From the NCBI GenBank assembly GCA_963841545.1, contig CAWJDE010000013.1, forward strand, positions 830 to 64,829: a DNA stretch of 64,000 nt, written 5' to 3'. Source of the DNA: an uncultured Chloroflexia bacterium. Lineage in GTDB: Bacteria; Chloroflexota; Limnocylindria; Limnocylindrales; CSP1-4. Below, piece by piece: positions 9,449 to 19,017 of the stretch. Each line of letters opens with the position of its first letter. Within the stretch, counting starts at the first letter, position 1. The position numbers and the translations under genes are program-made. The notes under the pieces were generated by a model that was not told the DNA's origin, searched no databases, and saw nothing but the letters and a program-made list of their open reading frames with translations.

Positions 9449-10087
9449 ATGGAGCATCTGAGCGCGGTGATCGGGCCGCTGGCGACGAACGTCCACGTGC
9501 TGGCCGATCCGGGCTCGCGCGAGGCGATCGCGATCGACACGGCGACGCCGTCGCTGGCGTGGATCGCCGCCGAGCTCGAGGCGCGTTCCTGGACCCTGCG
9601 GCTGATCGTGAGCACGCACGGCCACTGGGACCACGTGGGTGACAACGCCGCGGTGGCCGCGCACACGGGTGCCGAGATCGCGGTGCACGCAGCCGATCGG
9701 CACCACCTGACCGAGCCCCAACCCCTGTTCGCGCCGTTCGAGATCGTGCCGTCGGTGCCGGCCGTCGAGCTGGCGGAGGGTGGCGAGATCCGGTTCGGCG
9801 AGATCCGGCTCCGGGTCATCCACACGCCCGGCCACACGGAAGGCTCCGTGTGCCTGCTGGCCGCCGACGACGGGCTCCTGTTCAGCGGCGACACCCTGTT
9901 CGCGGGCGGCTGGGGGAGGGTGGACCTGCCCGGCGGCTCTGCCGACGAGATGGCGGCATCGATCGCGCGCCTGACCGATCTCGAAGACGCGCTGCGCGTG
10001 CACCCGGGCCACGGTGCCGCGACCACGATCGGACGGGAGCGGGCATGGATGGAGCTGGTCCGACGCGAGGGCCGCCTGCCGTTCTGA
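9449..10087 (+). CDS. MBL-fold metallo-hydrolase (glyoxalase II-like)
   Basis: Motif STHGHWDHVGDN (HxHxDH) followed by HTPGHT. Confidence 0.8.
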   Translation: MEHLSAVIGPLATNVHVLADPGSREAIAIDTATPSLAWIAAELEARSWTLRLIVSTHGHWDHVGDNAAVAAHTGAEIAVHAADRHHLTEPQPLFAPFEIVPSVPAVELAEGGEIRFGEIRLRVIHTPGHTEGSVCLLAADDGLLFSGDTLFAGGWGRVDLPGGSADEMAASIARLTDLEDALRVHPGHGAATTIGRERAWMELVRREGRLPF

Positions 10088-10148
10088 GCGTCAGCCGCCC
10101 GCGACGTCGCGGTCCCGGGTCGTCAGCTGCCGGTCGGCCGGCCGCCGG

Positions 10149-10859
10149 TCAGCCGCCGCGCCGGTAGCGACCCTCGAGGACGGCCGTGTCGAGCACCTTC
10201 GCCCGGTCCAGCGCCTTGCGGACCTGGTCGCCGCCGGGCGTCCCGGGCAGCGCGAGCGGCGCCGCGAGCGCATACAGCGTGAAGGTGTACCGGTGCGTGC
10301 CCGACGGCGGGCAGGGGCCGCCCCAGCCGATCCGCCCGAAGTCGTTGCGGCCCTGGGACGGGGCATCGGGCGAGGTCCCGACACCGCGCGGCAGCGCGCC
10401 GCTCGAGGTGCCGGTCATGTCGAGGACGATCCAGTGCACCCAACCGCGGGCGTCGGGATCGTCCACCAGCAGCACGAGCGCCTTCGTGTTCGGAGGCGCG
10501 CCGTCCCAGGCGAGCTCCGGCGACCCGTCCTCGCCGTCGCAGGTGTACCGCCTGGGGATCAGGCCACCGGCGTCGAAGGCGGTTGACGTCAGCACGAAGT
10601 CGGGCATGGTGGCCTCCTGGGTGGGCGAGGGGACCGCGGCGGACGCGGGTGGAGCGGACGGCGTTGCCGGGGTGGCGGCAGTGGCGGCGACCGACGGCGA
10701 CGAGGAGGACGGCTCGCCGGGCGCCGTGGTGGCCGCCGACCCCGGCGCCGTGGCGGACGGGGTCGTCCCGGACTCCTGCACGGCTCCGCCGCAGGCGGCC
10801 ACCAGCAGGACCGCGAGCCACGCGGCGGCGATTCGCCGGGACAGCGTGGGTGATGCCAT
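10149..10859 (-). CDS. YbhB/YbcL (PEBP) family lipoprotein
   Basis: Lipobox LLVAACGG, a Thr/Pro/Ala-rich linker, then a PEBP core (…HWIVLDM…GPCPPSGTHRYTFTLYAL). Start taken at MASPTLS, not at the upstream ORF extension. Confidence 0.75.
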   Translation of the reverse strand: MASPTLSRRIAAAWLAVLLVAACGGAVQESGTTPSATAPGSAATTAPGEPSSSSPSVAATAATPATPSAPPASAAVPSPTQEATMPDFVLTSTAFDAGGLIPRRYTCDGEDGSPELAWDGAPPNTKALVLLVDDPDARGWVHWIVLDMTGTSSGALPRGVGTSPDAPSQGRNDFGRIGWGGPCPPSGTHRYTFTLYALAAPLALPGTPGGDQVRKALDRAKVLDTAVLEGRYRRGG

Positions 10860-10920
10860 CAGCGAATCGTCCACCGTCGCGCGGACGACCGTCAATCGGT
10901 GCTCCCGGACGCGCCTGCGG

Positions 10921-11964
10921 TCAGCCCGGCCGGTCTCCGGCCGGCCGCCAGCCCGCCGGGGCCGCGCCGTCGAGCGGACGTCCATACGCCTGCCAGCGTC
11001 GCGCGACCTGGAACCCGAGGCCCTCGTACAGACCCAGGGCACCGGTCGGGTTCGAGCCGTCGACCCCCAGCCAGGCCTCGTCCATGCCCTGCTCGCGAAG
11101 CACCCGCAGCGACGCCGCGCACAGCGCCTTGGCCAGGCCACGGCCCCGCCAGGGGCGACGCACCGAGACTCGGTCGAGCCAGCCACGGCGGACGCCCAGC
11201 TGCTCGTTCTCGTCCCGGTAGATCGCGTTCATCACGACGCCCGCGACCTCGTCGCCGTCCCACGCCACGCACCACAGGGAGGTGTCGATGGACGGACCCT
11301 CGAAGCGCGCCACGAAGTCACCCTCGCCGGACGGCCGGTGGCCCCAGTGGTCGTGGAACGCCTCATCGTCCGCGACGAAGATCGCCCGGTGCTGCGCCTC
11401 GGTCACGGGCCGCAGCTCGAGACCCGCCGGCAGGTCGCGCTCGGGCAGCGCCCCGGTCAGGAAGCGGCGCATCTCGAACCCGAACCGGATCGGGACGAAG
11501 CCGCGTGCCGTCAGCAGGGCGATGTCGCACCGCTCCACGTCCAGCGCGTAGGAGCGGAGCTCGCGCGGTCCGGGACGGGGATCGGCCGCCATCTCGGCCG
11601 CGAGGCGGTCGCGGTTGGCCTGCCAGATCGCGCTGCCAAGCCCGCGGCGCCGGAGATCGGGCCGGACGCCGCCCCACATCTCGCCGACGAGCGCCCCGCT
11701 CCGCACGACGCGGTAGCCGAAGCCGAACCCGACCACCTCGCCGTCGACCTCGGCCAGCAGCAGGTCGCGGGACGCGTCGAACAGGTCGAGCGGCGCGTAC
11801 TCTGCTGCCAGGTCCTCGCCGCTGCGCACCTCGTCCACGCGGTCGGCCACGCGGGCGCGGTTGAGCACCTCGGCGACGGCGTCCCAGTCGCCTGGCCCCG
11901 CGGTGCGGAACGCGAGGCCGGGGATCGGCGGCGCGGCGGCCACCGTGATGTGCGGCGTGGTCAT
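10921..11964 (-). CDS. double-GNAT N-acetyltransferase (mycothiol synthase MshD-like architecture)
   Basis: Two GNAT cores (…RRRGLGSAIW… and …WRGRGLAKAL…LYEGLGF). Start MTTPHITV follows a GGGAGCGA RBS. Overlaps the rsgA stop by 4 nt. Confidence 0.65.
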   Translation of the reverse strand: MTTPHITVAAAPPIPGLAFRTAGPGDWDAVAEVLNRARVADRVDEVRSGEDLAAEYAPLDLFDASRDLLLAEVDGEVVGFGFGYRVVRSGALVGEMWGGVRPDLRRRGLGSAIWQANRDRLAAEMAADPRPGPRELRSYALDVERCDIALLTARGFVPIRFGFEMRRFLTGALPERDLPAGLELRPVTEAQHRAIFVADDEAFHDHWGHRPSGEGDFVARFEGPSIDTSLWCVAWDGDEVAGVVMNAIYRDENEQLGVRRGWLDRVSVRRPWRGRGLAKALCAASLRVLREQGMDEAWLGVDGSNPTGALGLYEGLGFQVARRWQAYGRPLDGAAPAGWRPAGDRPG

Positions 11965-13109
11965 CGATCGCTCCCGTACTTGTGCTGCATGTGGATGCTC
12001 ACGGACTGGTGGATCGCCTTCCAGCGGCGGCGCTCGGCCGCCCGGAGGAAGGGATCGGAGGCGCGTGCGACGTGGGCCGCCTCGCGCTCCAGCTTGCGGT
12101 GGCTCGCCAGCCGGTCGGGGTCGAGCCGGCCGTCCGCGATCGCCGCCAGGACCCCGCAGCCCGGCTCGCCCTCGTGGCGGCAGTCCCGGAACCGGCAGCC
12201 CGCCGCAAGGTCGGCGATCTCGGAGAAGGCCGGATCGAGGCCATCGCCCGCCCCCGCCACGCCGAGCGAGCGGATCCCCGGCGTGTCGATGAGCAAGGCG
12301 CCATGGGGGAGGCGGACAAGCTCGCGATGGGTCGTCGTGTGGCGACCCCGGGAGTCCGCCTCGCGAACCGCACCGGTGCGCTGCCGGTCGCCGCCCACGA
12401 GCGCGTTGACCAGGGTCGACTTGCCCGCCCCCGACGACCCGAGCACGACCGCCGTCCTGCCCCGCGGCAGGTGGTCCGCCGCGAGCGACGCGACGCCGTC
12501 GCCGGTGAGCGCCGAGATCGCGCGCACAGCGACGCCCGGCGCCACGGCCTCGGTCGCCACGCGCAGGCCGGCGAGATCGTCGGCGAGGTCGGTCTTGTTG
12601 AGCACGATCACCGGGATCGTGCCGCCGGCGTAGGCCACCGCGAGGTAGCGTTCCAGACGCCGCAGGTTGAAGTCGCCGTCGAGCCCGGTGACCAGGAACG
12701 CGAGGTCGACGTTCGCGGCCAGGATCTGGTCGTCCTCGGGTCGGGCGCCGGTCCGGTCGCTCGAATCGACGGTGCTCCGGCCGAACGCCGCCCGCCGGGG
12801 CAGGACCGCGTGGATCACGACCGGATCGACACCCTCGACGTTGGTCGCGCCGACCGGGCTCGTGGCCACCCAGTCTCCGACGGCGGGCAGGTCGGCAGGA
12901 CCCATGGCCGCGTGCCGCAACCGGCCGGCGACGACGGCGTCGAGGTCGCCGGCGCCGGACCCGACGACCCATGCGTCGCGGTGCGCGGCCACGACCCGGG
13001 CGGGCTGCCAGCCGGCGGCCTCGAACGGCAGGAACGCGGCCGCCCAGCCCGGATCCCAGCCGAGCGCTGCGAGGGTGGAGGTCACGCCGGGCAGGGGGTT
13101 GAGGTCCAT
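11961..13109 (-). CDS. rsgA: ribosome small-subunit-dependent GTPase A
   Basis: Circularly permuted GTPase: G4 (LNKTDL) precedes G1 (VLGSSGAGKSTLVNAL). C-terminal zinc finger CRFRDCRHEGEPGC. Confidence 0.85.
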   Translation of the reverse strand: MDLNPLPGVTSTLAALGWDPGWAAAFLPFEAAGWQPARVVAAHRDAWVVGSGAGDLDAVVAGRLRHAAMGPADLPAVGDWVATSPVGATNVEGVDPVVIHAVLPRRAAFGRSTVDSSDRTGARPEDDQILAANVDLAFLVTGLDGDFNLRRLERYLAVAYAGGTIPVIVLNKTDLADDLAGLRVATEAVAPGVAVRAISALTGDGVASLAADHLPRGRTAVVLGSSGAGKSTLVNALVGGDRQRTGAVREADSRGRHTTTHRELVRLPHGALLIDTPGIRSLGVAGAGDGLDPAFSEIADLAAGCRFRDCRHEGEPGCGVLAAIADGRLDPDRLASHRKLEREAAHVARASDPFLRAAERRRWKAIHQSVSIHMQHKYGSDR

Positions 13110-13112
13110 CGT

Positions 13113-13916
13113 TCAGCCCACCCGCTTGAGCTTGCCGGTGCGCTTTGCGTAGCGCTCCGCGCGACCGAACGCCCACAGACCGGCCGGGATCAGCACCGCG
13201 CCCATCGCGAGCAGCGGCACGATGTCGCCGACCAGCGCGGTCACCGGCTGGCCGTCGAGCAGGCCGGCGCGGACGCCGTCGAGGACGTAGGTGGCCGGCG
13301 ACAGGTGCGACAGCGCCTGCATCCAGCCCGGCAGCACCGAGACCGGGTAGTACACGCCCGACACGAGCAGCAGGCACGACTGCAGGACGAACGTCATCTG
13401 GGCGCCCCGCTCCACGTAGAGCAGGGGCAGGATGGCGGCCATCATGCCGATGCCGACGAAGCTGAACGAGCCGAGGGCGACGAACACGACCGCGGTCAGC
13501 GCATTCATCGAGCCCGCGTCGAGCTGCGGGAAGAACAGCGTCAGCACGACCAGGATGGCGGCCGTGTGCACGAACCCGTACGCCATCGCGTACAGGCACG
13601 AGCCCAGCAGCTGGGTCCAGCGCCGGACGGGCGCCATGAACGTGTATTCGAGGGTGCCTTCCCAGCGCTCGACCGAGATCGTCTCGGCGATCCACGAGAA
13701 GACCACCGAGAGGTAGTTCCAGAACACGGCGCCGATGATCAGGGTCAGCAGCAGCCGGTCGTCACCCGATGCCGCGCCGATGAACGAGATCGACAGCGCG
13801 CTCGCGACCGAGTAGACGAGGAACGCGACCTCCCAGCCCCAGTAGCGGCGGGTGAGGAAGAAGTTGCGCTCGACGAAGGCGTACGACGCCTTCAGCTCGT
13901 GCGTGAGGAGTGCCAA
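13113..13916 (-). CDS. ABC-2 type transporter permease
   Basis: Six predicted TM helices with an ABC-2 family signature region. Lies 3 nt upstream of rsgA. Confidence 0.8.
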   Translation of the reverse strand: MALLTHELKASYAFVERNFFLTRRYWGWEVAFLVYSVASALSISFIGAASGDDRLLLTLIIGAVFWNYLSVVFSWIAETISVERWEGTLEYTFMAPVRRWTQLLGSCLYAMAYGFVHTAAILVVLTLFFPQLDAGSMNALTAVVFVALGSFSFVGIGMMAAILPLLYVERGAQMTFVLQSCLLLVSGVYYPVSVLPGWMQALSHLSPATYVLDGVRAGLLDGQPVTALVGDIVPLLAMGAVLIPAGLWAFGRAERYAKRTGKLKRVG

Positions 13917-13959
13917 CGAAGGGATCCTTTCGAGGTGGAGGGCCCCCGCCCTGACCGGG

Positions 13960-14172
13960 TCATCCGGTCAGGGCGGGGGATCCGTGGCTCTCCCCGGCGA
14001 TCCGGTGGCCGAGCCGGATGATCGGCTCGCCAAGGCGCCGCCGAAGCGGCCTGGGAGCCGGCGCGCGGCGCTTGGCCTCGCGGATCGCCTGGAGATGCTC
14101 GTTGATGCGCAGCCGCTCTTCGCGAGCGTGGCGCAGCTCGAGCTCCTGCAATCGAAGATCGATCAGGTGCAT
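13960..14172 (-). CDS. hypothetical small coiled-coil protein (70 aa)
   Basis: Strong AAGGAG RBS 6 nt before the ATG. Sits between the ABC ATPase and permease genes. Charged, helical sequence. Confidence 0.35.
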   Translation of the reverse strand: MHLIDLRLQELELRHAREERLRINEHLQAIREAKRRAPAPRPLRRRLGEPIIRLGHRIAGESHGSPALTG

Positions 14173-14248
14173 GACACGCTCCTTGGTCGTTCGTGGTGGT
14201 CATGGTCGTGGTCGTGGTTCGGGTCGTGGTTCGTGCGTCGGTCCTGCA

Positions 14249-15202
14249 TCAGTCGTCCTCCCCTTCGGTCTCGAGGTCCTCGTCGAGCGAGCGACCGGTG
14301 AACGTCATGAACACGGATTCGAGCGTCGGCGGCTGCCCGTGGTCCCGGGCGACGAGTCGCTTGAGACCGTCGGGCGTGTCCTCCGCGACCACCCGACCCC
14401 CGTCGAGGATCGTGATCCGGTCGCACAGGCGCTCCGCCTCGGCCAGGTCGTGGGTGGTGAGGACGATCGTCGCGTCGTTCGACGCGTTGACCTCCTCGAC
14501 GAACGCCTGGACGTCGAGCTTGCTGCGCGGGTCGAGGCCGGTCGTCGGCTCGTCGAGCAGGAGCAGCGTCGGGCTCGTCAGCAGGGCTCGCGCGATGGCG
14601 ACCTTCTGCTGCATGCCGCGGCTCATCTGCTCCACCGGGCGGCCGAGGCGGCTCTCCGCGATGCCGAGCCGGCCGAGGATCGCCGTTGCCTGTCGCCTTG
14701 CCACCGCGGCATCGAGGCCGTAGAGGCGGGCGGCGAACAGGAGGTTCTCCATCGGGCTCAGCTTCTTGAAGAACGCCGCGTCCACGCTGACCCGGTTGAT
14801 GAGCCGCTTCACGGCCAGCTCGTCGCGCTCGATGTCGAGGCCGAACACCTCCACCCGGCCCTCGTCGAGGGTCAGCAACCCCGAGATGAGGCGGATGAGG
14901 GTCGACTTGCCGGAGCCGTTGGCACCCAGGATCCCGTGGATCGCGCCTCGCTCCATGCGTAGCGAGACGTCGTCGATCGCGAGGACCGGGGGCTTGCGCC
15001 GGTCGACCACGAAGCGCTTGGTGACGCGCTCGACGAGGAGCGCCGGCGGGCCGGCGGGCACCTGGAGGGTCGGGACGCGCTGGTCCTCGACCCCCTCGGC
15101 GGCCGGGATCCGCTCGGCAGGCTCGCGGTCGGCCAGGGGCGCCGGCAGCGGGCTCGACGTCGGAGTCGTCGTCTTCGGTTGGGGTGCGAGGGTCGTCGTC
15201 AC
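14249..15202 (-). CDS. ABC transporter ATP-binding protein
   Basis: Walker A GANGSGKST, signature SRGMQQKV and Walker B LLLLDEPT. Start taken at GTG (15202) after a GGAGCG RBS. The track ORF extends to 15451, but that upstream part lacks an RBS and is Pro/Thr low-complexity. Confidence 0.75.
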   Translation of the reverse strand: MTTTLAPQPKTTTPTSSPLPAPLADREPAERIPAAEGVEDQRVPTLQVPAGPPALLVERVTKRFVVDRRKPPVLAIDDVSLRMERGAIHGILGANGSGKSTLIRLISGLLTLDEGRVEVFGLDIERDELAVKRLINRVSVDAAFFKKLSPMENLLFAARLYGLDAAVARRQATAILGRLGIAESRLGRPVEQMSRGMQQKVAIARALLTSPTLLLLDEPTTGLDPRSKLDVQAFVEEVNASNDATIVLTTHDLAEAERLCDRITILDGGRVVAEDTPDGLKRLVARDHGQPPTLESVFMTFTGRSLDEDLETEGEDD

Positions 15203-15690
15203 GGGTACGCTCCTGCGGCTTGGCTGGATCGAGGTGGACGAGCCGGTCCGCGGGGTCCCAGACATGGGACGAGCCGCGGGCCCGGTGTTTCCGGGTGGGC
15301 CGGCGGCTCGTGTCGAGTGGGCGGCAACAGCGCCCGAAAAAAGACTTGAGCCGCGGGCCCGGTGGCCCACGGCTCGGTGGTCGCTCCTGGGGCTTACGCC
15401 CCGCGTCCTACCTGCTGGTGGGCACACCTCTCCCGCTGACAGCGCCGGCATCGGGCGCCGCCATGTGCGGCCGGATGAGGGTGGTGTTCACCATCTGGAG
15501 GCTACCTCCGTCGTGGACAGGCGAGCGACCTGCTCGACCGCCGCGCAGTCTACGCGGGCGCCGCCGGCCTCGTCAAGCCGTCCGCGTGCCGTCCGCTTGC
15601 CGCCTGTCGGAGGACACCACGACAGGGCGTGGGAACCGGGTTGACCAGGTCGAGCGTCCATCTGGCGCGCCCACCACGAGGTTCCGACCC

Positions 15691-16626
15691 ATGTTCACCA
15701 TGGCCCGGTCAGCGGCCAAACTTCGCCTCGCCATCCTGCTCGGCGTCGCCCTCGCGACGGCCACCGCCTGCACGGGCACCGCCGCGCCGCCCACCACCGC
15801 GCCGCCCACCACCGCGCCGTCCGCGTCGGCGGATCCGGGCGGCTCGCCGACGCCCGCGGCCGAAACCTACTGGCTGCGCATGACGACGTGGCAGGCCATC
15901 CCGCCGCTGGACCTGTTCGCCGTTCAGCCGGTCCTGGTGATCACGGGCTCCGGGATCGCCGTCGCCCAGGGACCGGTCCCGGCGATCTATCCCGGTCCAT
16001 TGCTGCCCAACCTCGTGGGGCGGTCCATCAGCGGCGCCGGCGAGTCGGCCATCGTGCAGGCCACCAGCGACCTCGGCCTGATCGGCGCGACCACCGACTT
16101 CACCGGCCAGGGCGGCCCGATGGGCGCCGTCAGCGGCCGGCTCGAGCTGACCGTTGACGGAAGCCGGATCACGATCACGGGCAACCCGGATGCGCACATC
16201 GAATGCATCACGACGCCCTGCGAGCCGCAACCAGGCACGCCCGAGGCCTTCGGCGAGCTGTGGCGCCGGCTGCTCGACCTGCCGTCCTGGCTGGCAGGCG
16301 ATCTCGGGCCCGAGGCCGGGTATGTCGCTCCGGCCTACGCGCTCCTGGTCGGACCGCCGCCGAAGCCGGATCCGACCCTGCCGCAGGGGGCGGTCGCCTG
16401 GCCGCTCGACCGGCCGGTCACCGAGCTTGGGCGGCCGGTCGCGAACGGCACCGCGCGCTGCGGCACCATCTCGGGTGCCGACGCGGACGCGCTCCGACCG
16501 TCGCTCGCCGCCGCCAACCAGCTCACGCCGTGGATCAGGGATCCGGCGACCAGCGTCGCCTTCGGGCTCGTGGTGCGACCCCTGACCCCCGGAGAGGACG
16601 CCTGCGCAGAGGTGTTCGGCAGCTGA
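15691..16626 (+). CDS. hypothetical secreted lipoprotein
   Basis: Signal peptide plus lipobox (LATATAC), then a TAPPTTAP linker. No recognised domain. Confidence 0.55.
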   Translation: MFTMARSAAKLRLAILLGVALATATACTGTAAPPTTAPPTTAPSASADPGGSPTPAAETYWLRMTTWQAIPPLDLFAVQPVLVITGSGIAVAQGPVPAIYPGPLLPNLVGRSISGAGESAIVQATSDLGLIGATTDFTGQGGPMGAVSGRLELTVDGSRITITGNPDAHIECITTPCEPQPGTPEAFGELWRRLLDLPSWLAGDLGPEAGYVAPAYALLVGPPPKPDPTLPQGAVAWPLDRPVTELGRPVANGTARCGTISGADADALRPSLAAANQLTPWIRDPATSVAFGLVVRPLTPGEDACAEVFGS

Positions 16627-16650
16627 CGGCGTCGTCCGACCGCGTCGGGC

Positions 16651-17229
16651 TCAGGCATCGCGGCGCATGACCACGCGGGGTGTCCCGGTCGATGCCTTCG
16701 ACGTCGTCGGGGCGGCCTCCGTGAACCCCGCTGCCTCGAACATCGACGCGGTACCCGTGTAGACCGACGCCGACGGGATGCGCGATCCATCGGTCCGAAC
16801 CGGGTAGCCATCGATGATCCGCGCTCCGCGGGATCGGGCGTACTCGACGGCCGCGTCGAGCAGCGCCCGGGCGACCCCGGAGCGCCTCGCCGTCCTCGCC
16901 ACCACGAAGCAGTTGACGACCCACACCGCGTCACCGGGGAGCTGCGGCAGCGTCCGCGATCGTGCCAGCCGCCCGAACGCCTCGCGCGGCCCGAAGCCCA
17001 CCCAGCCGACAGGCGTGCCATCGCGGATCGCCACCAGGCCCGGCGCCGGGTCGTGATCGACCAGCGCCCGGAGCGACGCCCGGTTGTCTTCGGCGGTCGT
17101 GTTGGTCCAATTGGACCCCGCCTTGCGCCAGAACTGGCACCAGCACCACTTCGGATCTCCGCCGGCCGAGAACAGCTCGACGATGAGCGGCCACAGCTCG
17201 GGCGACGCCGGCAGGATCTCCACCGGCAC
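16651..17229 (-). CDS. GNAT family N-acetyltransferase
   Basis: Acetyl-CoA binding core RRSGVARALL. Confidence 0.75.
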   Translation of the reverse strand: MPVEILPASPELWPLIVELFSAGGDPKWCWCQFWRKAGSNWTNTTAEDNRASLRALVDHDPAPGLVAIRDGTPVGWVGFGPREAFGRLARSRTLPQLPGDAVWVVNCFVVARTARRSGVARALLDAAVEYARSRGARIIDGYPVRTDGSRIPSASVYTGTASMFEAAGFTEAAPTTSKASTGTPRVVMRRDA

Positions 17230-17369
17230 ATTCTGACCGCCATCGCGGTCAGAACGCGGCAGGAACGCGGGAAGCGAACCGGCCGGAGGAGCCGCGCGCT
17301 AGGATCGAGCCCGGGGCCAACCCGCCGGCCGGGTGGGCCTGGAACGGGAGGACGAGGAGGTCGAGCACG

Positions 17370-17570
17370 ATGCACGAATGGCAGATCCGCACCCTTGACG
17401 CCGGCGGCACCGCGATGGTCGTCGTCGTCTGCTCCGTCTGCGGCCTGATCCGGACGACCGTCGCACCCAACCCAACGATGGAGCGCTACATCGGCCTCGG
17501 CGGCGAGTGCCCGCGGACGCCACAGCGCCAGAGCCAGCAGCCGCAGCCGCGCACGGACCTTGCGGATTAG
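17370..17570 (+). CDS. hypothetical small Cys-containing protein (66 aa)
   Basis: GGGAGGACGAGGAGG RBS before the ATG. CxxC…C pattern (VCSVCG…GGEC). Weak call. Confidence 0.2.
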   Translation: MHEWQIRTLDAGGTAMVVVVCSVCGLIRTTVAPNPTMERYIGLGGECPRTPQRQSQQPQPRTDLAD

Positions 17571-17571
17571 A

Positions 17572-18213
17572 TCAGGCGTCGGCCACGTCGCTCCTCGAGG
17601 GGTACCGGGGGTGATGGACCCGGTTGGCCGTCCGCAGCGTGCGCTGCGAGTACCAGACGAGCAGGGCGAGCGCCACGACGAAGCCGGCCGCACCGGCCAT
17701 GAGCGCGGCCATCTCGCCGCTCCCGGCCTGGATGACCACGAGCGCGACGATCGCCGCAACGAGCACGGCGTCGAGGACGGCGACCTGCACGGGCGTGGCC
17801 GCGAAATGGTTGACGGCGTTCGACCGGCCGGGCATGAGCGCCATCGTCTTCATGATCCCGGCCCAGTCGTCGCCGGTGCCCGCGACGAACACACCCTCGA
17901 GATCGGGCGCGAGCTCGACGTACATCGCGCGGATGCGGTTGAGGCCCACAACGCACATCAGCTCCTGGTAGTTCGCCGTATCGAGGTGCAGCAGCGTCCC
18001 GATGCCGAGAAACAGGACGACCGGCAGAACCGCGAGGGCGAACAGGCGGAAGGCGTCCCCGAAGTCCGATGCCTGGGCGACCAGCGCCAGCGCGACCACC
18101 GCGAACGACAGCGTCGAGAGGAACATGCCCGTCCGGCTGAACGAGTCGCTCCACGCCAGGCTTCGCGATGCGAGCAGGCTCCAGTGCTCGGTCGAGAGGA
18201 TCTGGAGGCGCAT
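17572..18213 (-). CDS. hypothetical integral membrane protein (about 5 TM)
   Basis: Hydrophobic TM segments. The opposite-strand ORF 17560..18474 is R/H/D-rich antisense noise. Start at MRLQILS after an AAGGTGGAG RBS. Confidence 0.5.
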   Translation of the reverse strand: MRLQILSTEHWSLLASRSLAWSDSFSRTGMFLSTLSFAVVALALVAQASDFGDAFRLFALAVLPVVLFLGIGTLLHLDTANYQELMCVVGLNRIRAMYVELAPDLEGVFVAGTGDDWAGIMKTMALMPGRSNAVNHFAATPVQVAVLDAVLVAAIVALVVIQAGSGEMAALMAGAAGFVVALALLVWYSQRTLRTANRVHHPRYPSRSDVADA

Positions 18214-18550
18214 CGCCGGGGTGGCTGGCTCCACCTTGGTAGTCGCGGGCTCGACCGATGGCATCGGGCGGCGGTCCGGGGACGGATCGGGCCGACCGGG
18301 TCGGTCGCCCGAGCGGGCCGTGGTGGACGTGGGACGCGGGCTGGACATGCGCCTGGTCTCCCTGCGGTGGTCCTCCGGCGACAGTACCGCACCCGGCTCG
18401 GCGAGCGCAGCCCGCGTCTCGCCTTGTCGGGTCGGGCCCGCCGAGCTCGCCCGGGGCGCATATCCTTTGCCTGAACTCGACGCGGCCCGGGATGCGACGC
18501 TGCCACCGACGCCTGGCGTCCGGCCTGGGCCCACGATGAAGGGAGCCGGA

Positions 18551-18982
18551 ATGCTGCGCCGCCTGCTCGCCGTCAGCCTCATCCTCGTGAGCGTGGCTGC
18601 ATGCGGCGGATCGTCCGCGACCGAGACCCCCTCGGCATCCGACGCGACGACGCCGGCGCCGCCGACCGCGCCCGCGGCATCGCCGTCTGCCCCGCCGGCA
18701 AGCACGCCGTCGCCGTCGCCCGCGCTGCCCGCCACCAGGACCACGGCCTGCGATGCGGTGGCCCTGCGTGCGGATTCCTCCACCTCGAGCAAGCTCCTGG
18801 CCAGGATCCCGGCCGGGCAGAAGGTCCGGGTGGTGGCCGAGCAGGCGGGCGATGCCTATGCCACGGGCGCCTGTGGCACCGCGGGCGACAGCTGGTTCAA
18901 GATCAGCAAGGTCGGCACCAAGAAGGTCAAGGCGCTGTACGGGGTCCCGTTCGTCTACGCGGCGGCCGGCCTGTTCCAATAG
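18551..18982 (+). CDS. lipoprotein with C-terminal SH3b-like domain
   Basis: AAGGGAG RBS 5 nt before the ATG. Lipobox LVSVAACGG, a Pro/Ala linker, then an SH3_3-like C-terminus (ARIPAGQKVRVV…DSWFKISKVGTKKV). Confidence 0.6.
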   Translation: MLRRLLAVSLILVSVAACGGSSATETPSASDATTPAPPTAPAASPSAPPASTPSPSPALPATRTTACDAVALRADSSTSSKLLARIPAGQKVRVVAEQAGDAYATGACGTAGDSWFKISKVGTKKVKALYGVPFVYAAAGLFQ

Positions 18983-19017
18983 GCCGCTCGACCGCGGACG
19001 ACGGCTTCGCCGCCTCG

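Noticed and set aside
10087-10149. 14-bp perfect palindrome ccgcgacgtcgcgg between convergent genes
   Set aside because: It could be a bidirectional terminator stem. It lacks any U-tract, and flanking pairing is too short to call confidently.
10186-14021. Long plus-strand ORFs 10186..12633 and 11982..14021
   Set aside because: They are antisense to the PEBP, GNAT, rsgA and ABC-2 permease genes, which carry clear motifs. Translations are Arg/Ala/Gly low-complexity.
17230-17369. Possible promoter region between divergent GNAT and small ORF
   Set aside because: I could not identify convincing -10/-35 elements by eye in this GC-rich spacer.
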